DNA of 64,000 bases from Candidatus Izemoplasmatales bacterium (GCA_050949045.1 JBMNEZ010000001.1:192001-256000), one strand, 5' to 3'. Shown: positions 47,003 to 57,652, numbered from the stretch's first letter. Program-made: numbers and translations. Notes: generated from the letters alone by a model not told the origin.

Positions 47003-49363
47003 ATGAAGGTATCATTGAATTGGCTTAGGGAGTTAATCGATATCAACCTTGATTATTATGAACTTGAACAGTGTTTCAATCTTAAAAGTGCCGAGGTAGC
47101 TGGTTTGTATCCGCTCACCCAAGCGACGAATCTCACCGTTGGCCTGGTTTTATCGTGTGAAAAACATCCGAATGCGGACACGCTGTCGGTATGCCTGGTA
47201 GATGTCGGTAAACAAAAACTACAGATCGTTTGCGGCGCGCCCAATGTCCGCAAGGATCAGAAAGTTATCGTCGCCCTTGTGGGGTCAATTCTTGCCGGCG
47301 GTTTGAAAATCAAAAAAGCCAAGATCCGCGGAATTGAATCGAACGGCATGATTTGTTCTCTCGATGAACTTGGGATTGATCACAAATACCACCAAGAGAA
47401 TGGCATCCATGTGCTTCCAGACGACGCTCCGATCGGAGCCAATCCGCTTGAAATCTTGCATTTTGATGACTATGTCCTCGAGCTTGATCTGACGCCAAAC
47501 CGTGCCGATTTACTTTCGGTCATCGGTGTCGGATACGATGTCGCCGCCATGACCGGTCGCAAACTTCGCCTTCCGGAAACGGATTTTGAGACTGTTGATG
47601 ACAAAAATCCAATCAGTGTCATCACCGAGACCCCCGGTTGCATGTCCTATTACGGACAAACCATCAGAAACATCAAAGTTGCCAAAAGCCCCTATTGGCT
47701 CCAGGCGCGTTTGATTGCCTCCGGTATCCGCCCGATCAACAATGTTGTCGATATCACCAACTATGTGATGCTCGAATACGGCAATCCGCTCCATGCCTTC
47801 GATTATGACAAACTATCCTCTTCCCGGATAATCGTGCGGGATGCCCGTAAAAATGAGACGATCGTCACTCTGGACGGAAAAAGTCGCGTTCTAGACGTCG
47901 ATGACATGGTGATTACCAACGGCGACCAAGCGATTGCCATCGCCGGAGTGATGGGCGGAGAAAGCACAGAAGTCAGTCAAGACACGACGAGTCTTTTCCT
48001 TGAAGCGGCTACTTTTGATCCGATCCGTGTCAGAAAAACATCGAGAAAACTCGGTCTGCGTAGTGAATCCTCGCTCAGATTTGAGCGTGGTCTTGATCCA
48101 AAACAGACGCTTAAGGCCGCTAAAAGGGCAATGCGACTGCTTCAAGAACTTTGCGGTGGTGAAGTTTTGAGCGGTGTCAGCTATTTTGACACCAACAACC
48201 TCCAAGACCTCAAAATCACCATCAGTCTTGAAAAAATAGCGAAAACGATCGGCATTTCGATTTCACCGCGGGATATCGATGAGATTTGGTCTCGGCTCGG
48301 TTTTCCCTATTCTTTCCATGGCCAGGAGTACACCGTCACAGTTCCCTCTCGCCGTCAGGATATCAGAACTTATCAGGACTTGATCGAGGAAATCGTCCGT
48401 TTATACGGGTATGACAAAATACCCATGACCTATCCGAAAACACCTACTAACGGATATCTGTCAAAGAAGCAACATGATATCCGCAAGTTGAGGAACATTA
48501 TGGTTTCGCAAGGATTTGATGAAACGATCACCTATTCGCTGGTTGCCCCGGACAAGGCAGTTATGTTCGATCTTGTCGAGGAGAAGCCGATATCATTGCT
48601 CAATCCGTTATCCGAGGAAAGGGCTTGTTTGAGGCATTCGCTGCTTCCTTCACTGATCAGTGTCGCAAGTTATAATCTTGCCCGAAACATCGAGGATCTG
48701 TCCCTCTTTGAGATCGGGAAGAGTTACCGTTTCGACAATGAGGATACATTGTGGTCGGGCATCGCCCTTGGCAAACACCGGCCCTCTTTCTGGCAGGGGA
48801 TAGCGGACAAAACCGATTTCTTTCTTGTAAAAGGCGTTGTTGAGGCGGCGATTCTGGCTCTTGGTTATCATGATGTGGTGTTCATTCGTAAGCAAGAGTT
48901 CAAGAACCTTCATCCCGGAATATCGGCTTCAATCGTTGTGAACGGCAAAGAAATAGGTCATTTGGGAAGACTCCACCCCGAGATTGAACATCAGGAGGAA
49001 TTGCCGGAGACTTACGTGTTCGAAATCAATCTTTCCCAGCTTTTAAGTTTTGAGCGGAATCCAATATCGATGCATCCTCTTTCCCGCTTTCCCGCAGTCT
49101 CAAGAGACCTTGCTTTCGTGGTAGACGATCAAGTTGAGGCTTCCGCGCTGATCGACACAATCAAAAGCGCCAATATCGCCTCTTTGCGCCAAGTTGTTGT
49201 CTTTGACGTTTATCGTGGCGACAATCTTCCCAAAGGCCAAAAATCCTTAGCGGTGAACCTGATTTTTCAACTTGATGACAGGACTCTGGCTTTGGAAGAA
49301 GTTGACGGTTTTGTGGCCAAAATTCTCAAGAAAGCCGATGCTGTCGGCGCAAGACTAAGATAA
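47003..49363 (+). CDS. pheT: Phenylalanine--tRNA ligase beta subunit
   Basis: MKVSLNWL, IVCGAPN, TPNRAD, DLIEEIVR, FPAVSRDLA. Confidence 0.96.
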   Translation: MKVSLNWLRELIDINLDYYELEQCFNLKSAEVAGLYPLTQATNLTVGLVLSCEKHPNADTLSVCLVDVGKQKLQIVCGAPNVRKDQKVIVALVGSILAGGLKIKKAKIRGIESNGMICSLDELGIDHKYHQENGIHVLPDDAPIGANPLEILHFDDYVLELDLTPNRADLLSVIGVGYDVAAMTGRKLRLPETDFETVDDKNPISVITETPGCMSYYGQTIRNIKVAKSPYWLQARLIASGIRPINNVVDITNYVMLEYGNPLHAFDYDKLSSSRIIVRDARKNETIVTLDGKSRVLDVDDMVITNGDQAIAIAGVMGGESTEVSQDTTSLFLEAATFDPIRVRKTSRKLGLRSESSLRFERGLDPKQTLKAAKRAMRLLQELCGGEVLSGVSYFDTNNLQDLKITISLEKIAKTIGISISPRDIDEIWSRLGFPYSFHGQEYTVTVPSRRQDIRTYQDLIEEIVRLYGYDKIPMTYPKTPTNGYLSKKQHDIRKLRNIMVSQGFDETITYSLVAPDKAVMFDLVEEKPISLLNPLSEERACLRHSLLPSLISVASYNLARNIEDLSLFEIGKSYRFDNEDTLWSGIALGKHRPSFWQGIADKTDFFLVKGVVEAAILALGYHDVVFIRKQEFKNLHPGISASIVVNGKEIGHLGRLHPEIEHQEELPETYVFEINLSQLLSFERNPISMHPLSRFPAVSRDLAFVVDDQVEASALIDTIKSANIASLRQVVVFDVYRGDNLPKGQKSLAVNLIFQLDDRTLALEEVDGFVAKILKKADAVGARLR

Positions 49364-49370
49364 CGCGAGT

Positions 49371-49401
49371 AAAAGCCAGACTTCATTGACTGGCTTTTTT
49401 T
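49371..49401 (+). terminator. Terminator after pheT
   Basis: AAAAGCCAG-loop-CTGGCTTTTTTT. Confidence 0.8.
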
Positions 49402-49530
49402 GAAGCGATTTTTAACTGATATTTAGCGCTAATGTTAACACATTTATTAAAGGTATAGAAACATAATAAGCATCATGATATAATTTGTATGTAAGTGGGA
49501 TTTGAGAATGATGTTCGGGGAGGAATATTC

Positions 49531-50445
49531 TTGGAAACAGTGATTGAAGTCAAGGGTTTGGTCAAATATTACGGCAATGTCCACGCTGTCAAAGGGATTG
49601 ACTTCTATGTGGAAAAAGGAAAGATGTTCGCTTTTCTCGGACCCAACGGTGCCGGCAAGACAACAACCATCAACATCATTTGCACGTTGCTCTCGATGAA
49701 CGAGGGCGCCGTTACGGTCAACGGCTACTCAGTCGGAGTCGACGATGGCCGGATCCGGGACAACATCGGCATTGTTTTCCAAAGCGGGGTTCTCGATAAG
49801 TTCTTGAGCGTCAGGGAAAACCTGATGATGCGCGGCAGTTTTTATCATAAGCGCAAGGATGAACTTGTCAAAGCCGTTGATGAAGCGCTTGAGATAACCA
49901 AGATCACCGATATCGCCGACCGTCGTTACGGAACTTTGTCGGGCGGTCAAAAGAGGCGATCCGATATTGCAAGGGCGCTCGTCCACAGGCCGAAGATCCT
50001 TTTTCTGGACGAACCCACCACTGGGCTGGATCCGCAGACGCGGAAGAATGTCTGGAATACGCTCCGGCAACTGCAAAAAGACACGCAGATGACAGTGTTT
50101 CTCACGACTCATTACATGGAAGAGGCCGATGAAGCAGACTATGTCGTCATCATTGATGACGGGTTGATTGTCGCAAGGGGAACGCCGATGGAGCTGAAGG
50201 ATAAATACTCTGACGACAAGTTACAGCTAAAACCGCGCGACATCGGTAAAGTCGCTGCCATTCTTGAGGCAAACGGAATCGAATATGAACGAAGAAGCGA
50301 TCTTTTGATTTGCAGATTGGAAAGCACGTTGGCCTCGGTTGGGATCATCAATCTCCTTGAAGGCGAACTCGAATCCTTCCAGGTTTTGAACGGGACTTTG
50401 GACGATGCTTTCATCAATATTACCGGAAAGGAGATCAGAGAATGA
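49531..50445 (+). CDS. ABC-2 type exporter ATP-binding protein (DrrA-like)
   Basis: GPNGAGKT, LSGGQ, LDEPTTGLD, TTHYMEEA. TTG start after GGAGG. Confidence 0.9.
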   Translation: METVIEVKGLVKYYGNVHAVKGIDFYVEKGKMFAFLGPNGAGKTTTINIICTLLSMNEGAVTVNGYSVGVDDGRIRDNIGIVFQSGVLDKFLSVRENLMMRGSFYHKRKDELVKAVDEALEITKITDIADRRYGTLSGGQKRRSDIARALVHRPKILFLDEPTTGLDPQTRKNVWNTLRQLQKDTQMTVFLTTHYMEEADEADYVVIIDDGLIVARGTPMELKDKYSDDKLQLKPRDIGKVAAILEANGIEYERRSDLLICRLESTLASVGIINLLEGELESFQVLNGTLDDAFINITGKEIRE

Positions 50446-51299
50446 TCGGTTATCTAATCAAGCGCAATCTCAAGATCTTTTTTCGCGACAGGGCAGCTGT
50501 CTTTTTCTCCCTGCTCGGCGTTTTGATTATCATCGGTCTCTATGTACTATTTCTTGGGGATATGGTTTCAACGGGTATCAGCCAAATCCCCGCAATTGGT
50601 GATTCCGGCAGATTCATGATGGATTCATGGATCATGTCCGGAGTGGTCGCCTCCGCCTCGATCACGACTTGCATGGGAGCGTTCGGCATCATGATCGATG
50701 ACAATGCCAACCATATCATCAGAGACTTTAAAGTCAGCCCGATCAAAAACTGGCAGATGGTCCTTGGCTACATTATCAGTTCGATACTGATCGGTATCTT
50801 GATGAGCCTGATCACGTTCATTTTTGCGGAAGTATACATTGTCATCTACGGTGGCGAAATCGTATCTTTCTTCGCTATGCTCAAGTTATTGGGATTCATC
50901 ATCTTGTCTGTCAGTTCTTCAAGCGCACTTGTCTTTTTTATCGTCACATTGATCAAGAGCCAGAATGCTTTTGGCACCGCTTCGACGATCTTGGGGACCC
51001 TGATCGGCTTTTTAACCGGCGTCTATATCCCGATCGGCGCGCTGCCGAGCGCGGTTCAAACCGTCATCAAAATCTTCCCGGTTTCCCACTCTGCTGTGTT
51101 GCTCAGGCAAACGATGATGAATGAAGTCGTCAATCTGGACAACCTTCCCCAAGAGTTTCTTACGGAGCTGGGAATTAAGTATGTCGTATTTGACAAAATA
51201 TTTCCGGTTTGGGGACACATTCTCGTTTTGATTCTGTCGATGGTGCTCTTCTACGGACTGGCAATTCTGGTGGTTTCCAGAAAGAAAGCGATCGTCTGA
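50442..51299 (+). CDS. ABC-2 type exporter permease
   Basis: RNLKIFFRD, GFLTGVYIP, ~6 TM; overlaps the ATPase stop. Confidence 0.88.
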   Translation: MIGYLIKRNLKIFFRDRAAVFFSLLGVLIIIGLYVLFLGDMVSTGISQIPAIGDSGRFMMDSWIMSGVVASASITTCMGAFGIMIDDNANHIIRDFKVSPIKNWQMVLGYIISSILIGILMSLITFIFAEVYIVIYGGEIVSFFAMLKLLGFIILSVSSSSALVFFIVTLIKSQNAFGTASTILGTLIGFLTGVYIPIGALPSAVQTVIKIFPVSHSAVLLRQTMMNEVVNLDNLPQEFLTELGIKYVVFDKIFPVWGHILVLILSMVLFYGLAILVVSRKKAIV

Positions 51300-51304
51300 G
51301 ACAT

Positions 51305-52339
51305 ATGGCGGGTGAAATCGTTGATTTCTTCGGCTTGACCTTGCCTGAGTTAGTGGCATTCCTCGTTGAGAACGGCTTCAAACCATATAATGCAGGCCAA
51401 ATCTACGACTGGGTTTATCAGAAGAAAACCAGAAATATCGAGAAGATGTCGAATCTGTCGAAAGCGTTGCGGGCCTTTCTCCCCGGAAAGTTTTCTTTTG
51501 CGGTGCCATCGGCCGCCGAGGAGCATATCTCCGGTGATGGGACCACCAAGTATCTCTTGTCGCTTCAAGACGGCAATCTGATTGAGACGGTCTTATTGCG
51601 CCACAACTATGGCAACAGCCTATGCGTGACCAGTCAGGTCGGCTGCAACATGGGTTGCACTTTTTGCGCTTCCGGCCTTAAAAAGAGGATCAGGAATCTT
51701 TCCGCTTCCGAACTTGTCGGCCAGATCATCGCGGTGGAGAGCCATACCGGCTTTAAAATTTCCCATGTCGTTGTCATGGGTACGGGAGAACCCTTTGACA
51801 ACTATGAAAATGTCATCAAGTTCATCAGGATCATCAACGAAAACAAAGGGCTCGCGATCGGTCAAAGGCATATCACCGTCTCGACCTGCGGGATCGTCCC
51901 GATGATTTTGAGATACGCCGATGAACCGATCAGAAGCAATTTGGCAATCAGTTTGCATGCGCCGAACGACAAGCTCAGGTCGAGATTGATGCCGATCAAC
52001 CGCAAGTATCCGCTTTCGGAACTGATCCACGCCTGTGAAACTTACTTTGCCAAGACATCGCGGAGGGTCACCTATGAGTACATCTTGCTTGAAGGTGAGA
52101 ATGATACAGATGCCCATGCCACGGAACTGGCGAATTTGCTTAAAGAGCAGAACTGCTATGTCAACCTCATCCCCTACAACCAGGTAAGCGAGTTTGATTT
52201 CAAACCTACGGACATGGACCGGGCAATGCGATTCGTGGACATTTTGATGAAGCGAAGGATCAATGTCACCCTGCGCAAAGAACAAGGCTCGGACATCCAG
52301 GCTGCCTGCGGGCAGCTGAGACTGAAAAATCGGTCTTGA
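51305..52339 (+). CDS. rlmN: 23S rRNA m2A2503 / tRNA A37 methyltransferase (radical SAM)
   Basis: CVTSQVGCNMGCTFC, MGTGEP, SLHAP, NLIPYN, AACGQL. ATG 51305. Confidence 0.95.
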   Translation: MAGEIVDFFGLTLPELVAFLVENGFKPYNAGQIYDWVYQKKTRNIEKMSNLSKALRAFLPGKFSFAVPSAAEEHISGDGTTKYLLSLQDGNLIETVLLRHNYGNSLCVTSQVGCNMGCTFCASGLKKRIRNLSASELVGQIIAVESHTGFKISHVVVMGTGEPFDNYENVIKFIRIINENKGLAIGQRHITVSTCGIVPMILRYADEPIRSNLAISLHAPNDKLRSRLMPINRKYPLSELIHACETYFAKTSRRVTYEYILLEGENDTDAHATELANLLKEQNCYVNLIPYNQVSEFDFKPTDMDRAMRFVDILMKRRINVTLRKEQGSDIQAACGQLRLKNRS

Positions 52340-52354
52340 AACCGTTTCTCCGGT

Positions 52355-52383
52355 TTGACTAAGCTATAAAGAAATGCTATACT
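52355..52383 (+). promoter_or_regulatory. SigA promoter of rubrerythrin
   Basis: TTGACT-17 bp-TATACT with TG extension. Confidence 0.7.
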
Positions 52384-52456
52384 AAAAAGCAGATTTTCCC
52401 TTATCCAAGGGTGCATGCTGCGATTGTGATAGAAAACAGTAATTAGGAGGATAGAT

Positions 52457-52999
52457 ATGGAACTGAAAGGATCAAAAACAGAAAAGAATCTGCTTGAGGC
52501 CTTTGCCGGCGAATCAATGGCGAGAAACAAGTACACTTTTTATGCCTCGGTGGCGAAGAAAGAAGGATATGTGCAAATCGCCGATTTCTTCCTTGAGACG
52601 GCTGAGAACGAAAAAGAGCACGCCAAAATTTGGTTCAAGTTGCTTCATGACGGCGGAATTCCGACGACCGAAATCAATCTCCAAGACGGAGCCGACGGCG
52701 AACACTACGAGTGGACCGACATGTATAAGCGCTTCGCCGAAGACGCCCGCCAGGAAGGCTTCACCAAGATCGCCATTCTGTTTGAGGGTGTGGCTGCTAT
52801 TGAAAGAGAACATGAAAAACGTTATCTTGCCTTGCTGGAGAGTTTGAAACAACAAAGAGTCTTTGAAGCAGAATCCAATTCTCAAGTTTGGATTTGTTCA
52901 AACTGCGGCCATCTCCACATTGGCAAAAAAGCACCGAAGACTTGCCCCGTCTGTGATCATCCACAAGCGTATTTCAAACGCCATGTTGAAAACTATTGA
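52457..52999 (+). CDS. rbr: Rubrerythrin
   Basis: AFAGES, EKEHA, EHYE, EREHE, C-terminal CSNCG...CPVCDHP. Confidence 0.95.
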   Translation: MELKGSKTEKNLLEAFAGESMARNKYTFYASVAKKEGYVQIADFFLETAENEKEHAKIWFKLLHDGGIPTTEINLQDGADGEHYEWTDMYKRFAEDARQEGFTKIAILFEGVAAIEREHEKRYLALLESLKQQRVFEAESNSQVWICSNCGHLHIGKKAPKTCPVCDHPQAYFKRHVENY

Positions 53000-53072
53000 T
53001 CGAGAAGACGCAAGTCTTTTTTTTTTACGGGTTTTCCTGTATAATATAAGACACGATACAGGAGGATAAAGA

Positions 53073-53939
53073 TTGAAAAAAGGCAGGATCATCAAATTGA
53101 TCGGTGGTCTGTATACAGTCATCGACGCTGAGGAAAACCGCTATCTATTAAAACCCTTGGGGATATTCCGCTACCAGAACGAAAAGCCAAAAGTCGGTGA
53201 TTTTGTGACCTTTGACGCTGATTCGATCGTTGAGATTGATCAAAGGCAAAACGAACTCGTTCGACCCTCGATTGCCAATGTCGATCAAGTCTTGGTAGTG
53301 CAATCGGCCAAAGAACCCGATTTCAGTTTCACACTGCTTGACCGGTTCTTGGTTCTGATCGAGCATAGCGGCATCAAACCGGTAATCATTGTCACGAAGA
53401 CCGATTTGCTTTCTGATCAGGAAAGCCGTGAGCTTCGGGAAAAACTCGATTATTACACAAACGACTACGATGTTATCTTCTTTTCCGCTGTGTCAAAAGA
53501 GAACCTGGCCAAAATCATCCAGATTACAAGTGGCAAAGTCAACGTCCTTGCAGGACAGACCGGCACCGGGAAGAGCAGTTTGTTGAACACAATCGATGAA
53601 CGGTTGGATCTCGCAACAGATGAGATTTCCAAGGCTCTTGGCAGAGGCAAACACACAACCAGGCATGTCGAACTGATCCGCTTCCATCATGGTTGGATCG
53701 CCGACACCCCAGGTTTCTCAAGACTGGAGTTTCAAGACATCCCCCTAGAAAGCCTGCCATTGCTCTATCCCGACTTTCTTCGCTTGGCTGATCGCTGCAA
53801 GTTTAACGGTTGTTCGCACGTCCACGAACCAGACTGTGCTGTAGATGAAGCCTGTAAGCAAAAATTGATTCCCGCTGAGCGTTATGAAAACTATCTTCGT
53901 TTCCATGAGGAAATCAGGCTCCAAAAACCCAAATACTAA
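53073..53939 (+). CDS. rsgA: Ribosome small subunit-dependent GTPase A
   Basis: TKTD, GQTGTGKSS, GKHTT, DTPGF, CKFNGCSHVHEPDC. Confidence 0.95.
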   Translation: MKKGRIIKLIGGLYTVIDAEENRYLLKPLGIFRYQNEKPKVGDFVTFDADSIVEIDQRQNELVRPSIANVDQVLVVQSAKEPDFSFTLLDRFLVLIEHSGIKPVIIVTKTDLLSDQESRELREKLDYYTNDYDVIFFSAVSKENLAKIIQITSGKVNVLAGQTGTGKSSLLNTIDERLDLATDEISKALGRGKHTTRHVELIRFHHGWIADTPGFSRLEFQDIPLESLPLLYPDFLRLADRCKFNGCSHVHEPDCAVDEACKQKLIPAERYENYLRFHEEIRLQKPKY

Positions 53940-53952
53940 AGGAGACGATATC

Positions 53953-54594
53953 ATGATTGTCGCACCGTCGTTTTTGACTGCCGACTTCAATAATTTGGAA
54001 GCCGAGATCCTGTCGATCAAACGGGCAAAATGGCTTCATTTTGATGTGATGGACGGACAATTTGTCAGCAATCGAACTTATGACGAGAGCATCTTGAAGA
54101 AAGTCAGATCCTTCAGCGACCAGTTTTTTGACTGCCATCTGATGATCGTCGACCCAAAACGACAAATCCCATCGTATGTTGGCGCGGGAGCCGAACTGGT
54201 CACCTTTCATTATGAAGCAGCGAGCAAAAAGATCATGGAGATCATCACGCTGATCCGCAAATTAAAGGCAAAGGTCGGCATCTCGATCAAACCGGGCACC
54301 GGCCCGGAAGTTCTCTACCCATATCTCGATCAGCTTGACCTAATTCTCATTATGAGTGTCGAACCGGGAAAAGGCGGACAGAAATTCATGCCCGAGGCGC
54401 TTGATAAACTGCGACATTTAAAGGCGGTCAGGGAAAGCCAAGACTACCGCTATCTGCTTGAAGTCGATGGCGGCATCAACGACGAGACCGCTCCTGCGGT
54501 CAAAGATGCCGGCGCGGATGTCATCGTCGTCGGCTCGTATCTCTTCAACAAACAAGATCGCGACAAGGCGATCTGGGAGTTAGAACATGTCTAG
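53953..54594 (+). CDS. rpe: Ribulose-phosphate 3-epimerase
   Basis: APSFL, HFDVMDG, DCHLM, MSVEPG.GGQ, EVDGG. ATG 53953. Confidence 0.95.
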   Translation: MIVAPSFLTADFNNLEAEILSIKRAKWLHFDVMDGQFVSNRTYDESILKKVRSFSDQFFDCHLMIVDPKRQIPSYVGAGAELVTFHYEAASKKIMEIITLIRKLKAKVGISIKPGTGPEVLYPYLDQLDLILIMSVEPGKGGQKFMPEALDKLRHLKAVRESQDYRYLLEVDGGINDETAPAVKDAGADVIVVGSYLFNKQDRDKAIWELEHV

Positions 54595-55210
54595 AAAAAT
54601 CAAGATTTTCACAGGCCCGAACACCTATGACTTCAACCTTCTTTATATCGAGGAGGCGGATGAGTTCATCGTCGGTGTCGATTCTGGCCTCGCCTATCTC
54701 GTTGAAAATTCTCTGAGAATTGATCTGGCGATCGGAGATTTTGATTCCTTAAGTCCGGAGTTGCTCGAAAAAGTGATGGTATCGTCGGCCAAGGTCATCC
54801 GCCTAGGAAAGGCGAAATCGATGACCGATCTCGCTTTTGCCATCGATTATCTCTATAACAGTATGGACTATGACAAGGTTGAAGTCTATGGCGGCCTTGG
54901 CGGCCGAATCGATCACCTTCAGGCAAATATCAATCTCCTGAAACGCTATGACCTTTCTTTCCGAGATGACAATCATCATATCTACGTGCTTGTGAAGGGA
55001 CGTCACAAAATTGACAATTTCCATACCTATATCTCCTTTTTCGCGCTTGAGGATTGCTTTAATTTGTCGCTTGAAGGTTTCAAGTACGAGCTCAACAACT
55101 ATTTTCTTTCGACAAGCGATTCGCTTTGTGTTTCGAACAACGGCAGCGGCACGGTCAGTTTTTCAAAAGGCAGACTGATGGTTATCGAAAGTAAAGACAA
55201 TAATAGATGA
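54587..55210 (+). CDS. thiN: Thiamine diphosphokinase
   Basis: GVDSG, GDFDS, TDL, GGRIDH, VSN. Confidence 0.9.
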   Translation: MSRKIKIFTGPNTYDFNLLYIEEADEFIVGVDSGLAYLVENSLRIDLAIGDFDSLSPELLEKVMVSSAKVIRLGKAKSMTDLAFAIDYLYNSMDYDKVEVYGGLGGRIDHLQANINLLKRYDLSFRDDNHHIYVLVKGRHKIDNFHTYISFFALEDCFNLSLEGFKYELNNYFLSTSDSLCVSNNGSGTVSFSKGRLMVIESKDNNR

Positions 55211-55280
55211 TCGCAATCATTTTTTAACATTCAAAGTGTATAATTAATAGTGTTAACAAATTTTAGTTGGAGTTGATAAC

Positions 55281-56564
55281 ATGCGAAAATTTCTGGTATT
55301 GTTGGGAATAACGTGCTTGCTAATCGCTCTTAGCGGGTGTTCGTTTTTGTTAGCTTCGCCGTCCTTGACGATTACGTTTGTGACCCAGACAACGGCTCCC
55401 CCGATAATTCAAGATAACAGAGAGATCGATGTCAGTCATTTGCTTGAGGATCTCTATGCCAGAATTTATGAGGAAATCTATGACGAAGTCCGAGCGGAAG
55501 TAATCGCCGATCTGTCAGAGGAGCGTTTCACAGAGCTCTTTCAGACGGTGATCGCCGATATTTTTCAGAAGATCGACGACGATGAGATTACGCTTACGCC
55601 GGAATCGGTGATTCAGAGGATGCTTGGAGTTGTGACTGATCAGGCAGGTGCCGTGATCGGCGTTTCGAATCTCAATGCTTTCGGCAACGAACAATCGATT
55701 GGCTCGGGCGTCATCTACAAGAAGACCGGCTCTCTCTACTACGCCGTGACCAACCACCATGTCGTTGAGGACGGCTCTTCCTTCAAGATTCGTTTTCAAG
55801 ACGGCTCGATGGTTCCCGCCGAGCTTATGGGTTTCGACAAGACTTCCGATCTGGCGGTTTTGAGATTTTCGAGCACGAAAGATTTGCCGGTTGCGTCCTT
55901 TGGCGATTCCAAAAACCTTAAAAGCGGGACGATCGTTCTGGCTGTCGGCCATCCGAACGGTTATGACTATTTCAACTCGGTGACATTCGGCATTGTCTCC
56001 GGCACCAACAGGTATTTCGACGTTGACAACGACGATGTCAAAGACATGTTCGTGGGTTATATCCAGCATGATGCCGCAATCAACTCCGGCAACAGCGGCG
56101 GGGCTTTATTCAACCTTCAGGGCGAAGTTATCGGCATCAATGTGATCAAGATTGCCTCCACCGAGATTGAGGGCATGGGTTTTGCCATCCCCGGCTCGCT
56201 CGTCGCGGCGATCGCGAGCGACATCGAGGAGTTCGGCTATTCCAAACAAATTCCCGGCGTTGGCATCAAGTTCAACGACATCTCCACAAACCGCGATTAT
56301 TTGATCGCCCAAGGGATCGCGATCCCCGATGAGATTACCTCCGGGTTCTATGTGATCGAAGTTACGCCCACATCCTCGGTCGATGGCTATGTGCAGGTTG
56401 GCGATATCATCCTTGAGATTGGCGATATTGTGATAAGCAGTTCTTACTATTTCTCGACCCAGTTTTCCAAATATCATGTCGGCGACATCATCGATATCGT
56501 CGTCTACCGCAATGGCGAGAGGCTCACATTGACCGGTATCGAACTCAAGTCGAAAGTCAACTAG
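55281..56564 (+). CDS. HtrA/S1C serine protease lipoprotein with PDZ domain
   Basis: Lipobox LSGC, GSGVIY, TNHH, SDLAV, HDAAINSGNSGG, C-terminal PDZ (GDII..I). Confidence 0.88.
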   Translation: MRKFLVLLGITCLLIALSGCSFLLASPSLTITFVTQTTAPPIIQDNREIDVSHLLEDLYARIYEEIYDEVRAEVIADLSEERFTELFQTVIADIFQKIDDDEITLTPESVIQRMLGVVTDQAGAVIGVSNLNAFGNEQSIGSGVIYKKTGSLYYAVTNHHVVEDGSSFKIRFQDGSMVPAELMGFDKTSDLAVLRFSSTKDLPVASFGDSKNLKSGTIVLAVGHPNGYDYFNSVTFGIVSGTNRYFDVDNDDVKDMFVGYIQHDAAINSGNSGGALFNLQGEVIGINVIKIASTEIEGMGFAIPGSLVAAIASDIEEFGYSKQIPGVGIKFNDISTNRDYLIAQGIAIPDEITSGFYVIEVTPTSSVDGYVQVGDIILEIGDIVISSSYYFSTQFSKYHVGDIIDIVVYRNGERLTLTGIELKSKVN

Positions 56565-56575
56565 GAGAGTGGAAT

Positions 56576-57610
56576 ATGAAAAAAGTATGCATGCTTCTAA
56601 TCGGTTTAGTTTCTTTCTTTTCGTTTGCGGCCTGCGAATTTCCTTTTATCTCCACGGCTTATATGACTACTACGACCGCCGGTTATGTGACCCAGCCTCC
56701 GACGACGACTTCTGTCCCTTCGACAACGATGACCACGACCTTCCTTGACACGACCACTCTAACAACGACGACCGATCCGGGCATCATGATCCAATATACC
56801 GATTACCAAAATCTTATCGATCAGTTGTATCAAATGGTCTATGATGATATCTATGAAGATTTGTATGACGAACTTGGCTTGTCGGCTCTAATTGATGAAG
56901 CGCTTTATGAGGAAATCTACGACAACGTCGAAGCCAAATTTAATAATCTCATCGAAAGCGGTGAGTTGAGCCTCTATATCGACGATGTTCAGCAGCTGAT
57001 CTACAGAGTGGCCGAACTGACGGAACTCTCTGTTGTGGGTGTGACCAGTTATCTCGGCCAGGGAGCTCAATCACTCGGATCGGGAGTCATCTATAAACAT
57101 GATGGCATAAGCGATCTTTACTATGTGATCACCAATGAGCACGTCATCGATGACGGGGACAACTTCCGGATCGTCTTTGTGGATGGGACTTACGTAGTTG
57201 CCCAGCTCTTGGGGTTTAATAAAAACGTCGACATCGCCGTCCTCACTTTTTCCGGCTCTAACCTCGCGCGTGAAGTTGCGCTTTCACCGCTCGGCGATTC
57301 CGATCTCCAAAAGGTCGGCTCTTTCGTAATCGCCGCCGGCAATCCCAAAGGCTATGATTTCTATGGTGCGGTGACCATCGGCATTCTTTCCGGGAAGAAC
57401 CGCGACCTCAATACGCCAGGCGTTTTGTATCTGCAGCATGACGCGTCAATCAACTCCGGCAACAGCGGCGGACCGCTCTACAATCTTGATGGTGAAGTGA
57501 TTGGGATTAACGTTTCCAAGTACGCCTCCACCGATATCGAGGGAATGGGCTTTGCAATTCCCATAAACCTAGTTAAGACTGTGATTCAGGAGATCGAAAC
57601 CAATAACTAA
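56576..57610 (+). CDS. HtrA/S1C serine protease lipoprotein without PDZ
   Basis: Lipobox FAAC, long Thr-rich linker, GSGVIY, TNEH, DIAV, HDASINSGNSGG; ends right after GFAIPIN. Confidence 0.88.
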   Translation: MKKVCMLLIGLVSFFSFAACEFPFISTAYMTTTTAGYVTQPPTTTSVPSTTMTTTFLDTTTLTTTTDPGIMIQYTDYQNLIDQLYQMVYDDIYEDLYDELGLSALIDEALYEEIYDNVEAKFNNLIESGELSLYIDDVQQLIYRVAELTELSVVGVTSYLGQGAQSLGSGVIYKHDGISDLYYVITNEHVIDDGDNFRIVFVDGTYVVAQLLGFNKNVDIAVLTFSGSNLAREVALSPLGDSDLQKVGSFVIAAGNPKGYDFYGAVTIGILSGKNRDLNTPGVLYLQHDASINSGNSGGPLYNLDGEVIGINVSKYASTDIEGMGFAIPINLVKTVIQEIETNN

Positions 57611-57634
57611 AAAAGACCTTCCGAAGGTCTTTTT
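57610..57634. terminator. Bidirectional terminator
   Basis: AAAAAGACCTT-ccg-AAGGTCTTTTT. Confidence 0.85.
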
Positions 57635-57652
57635 AAAGTTTGGCAGTTTGAT

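Noticed and set aside
52399..52412. CTTATCCAAGG resembling a SAM-I riboswitch start
   Set aside because: No downstream SAM-I core or terminator, and the leader is too short.
56660..56775. ACG/ACC/ACT-rich quasi-repeats resembling a tandem repeat or array
   Set aside because: Explained by poly-Thr codons; no fixed repeat-spacer structure, so not CRISPR or VNTR.
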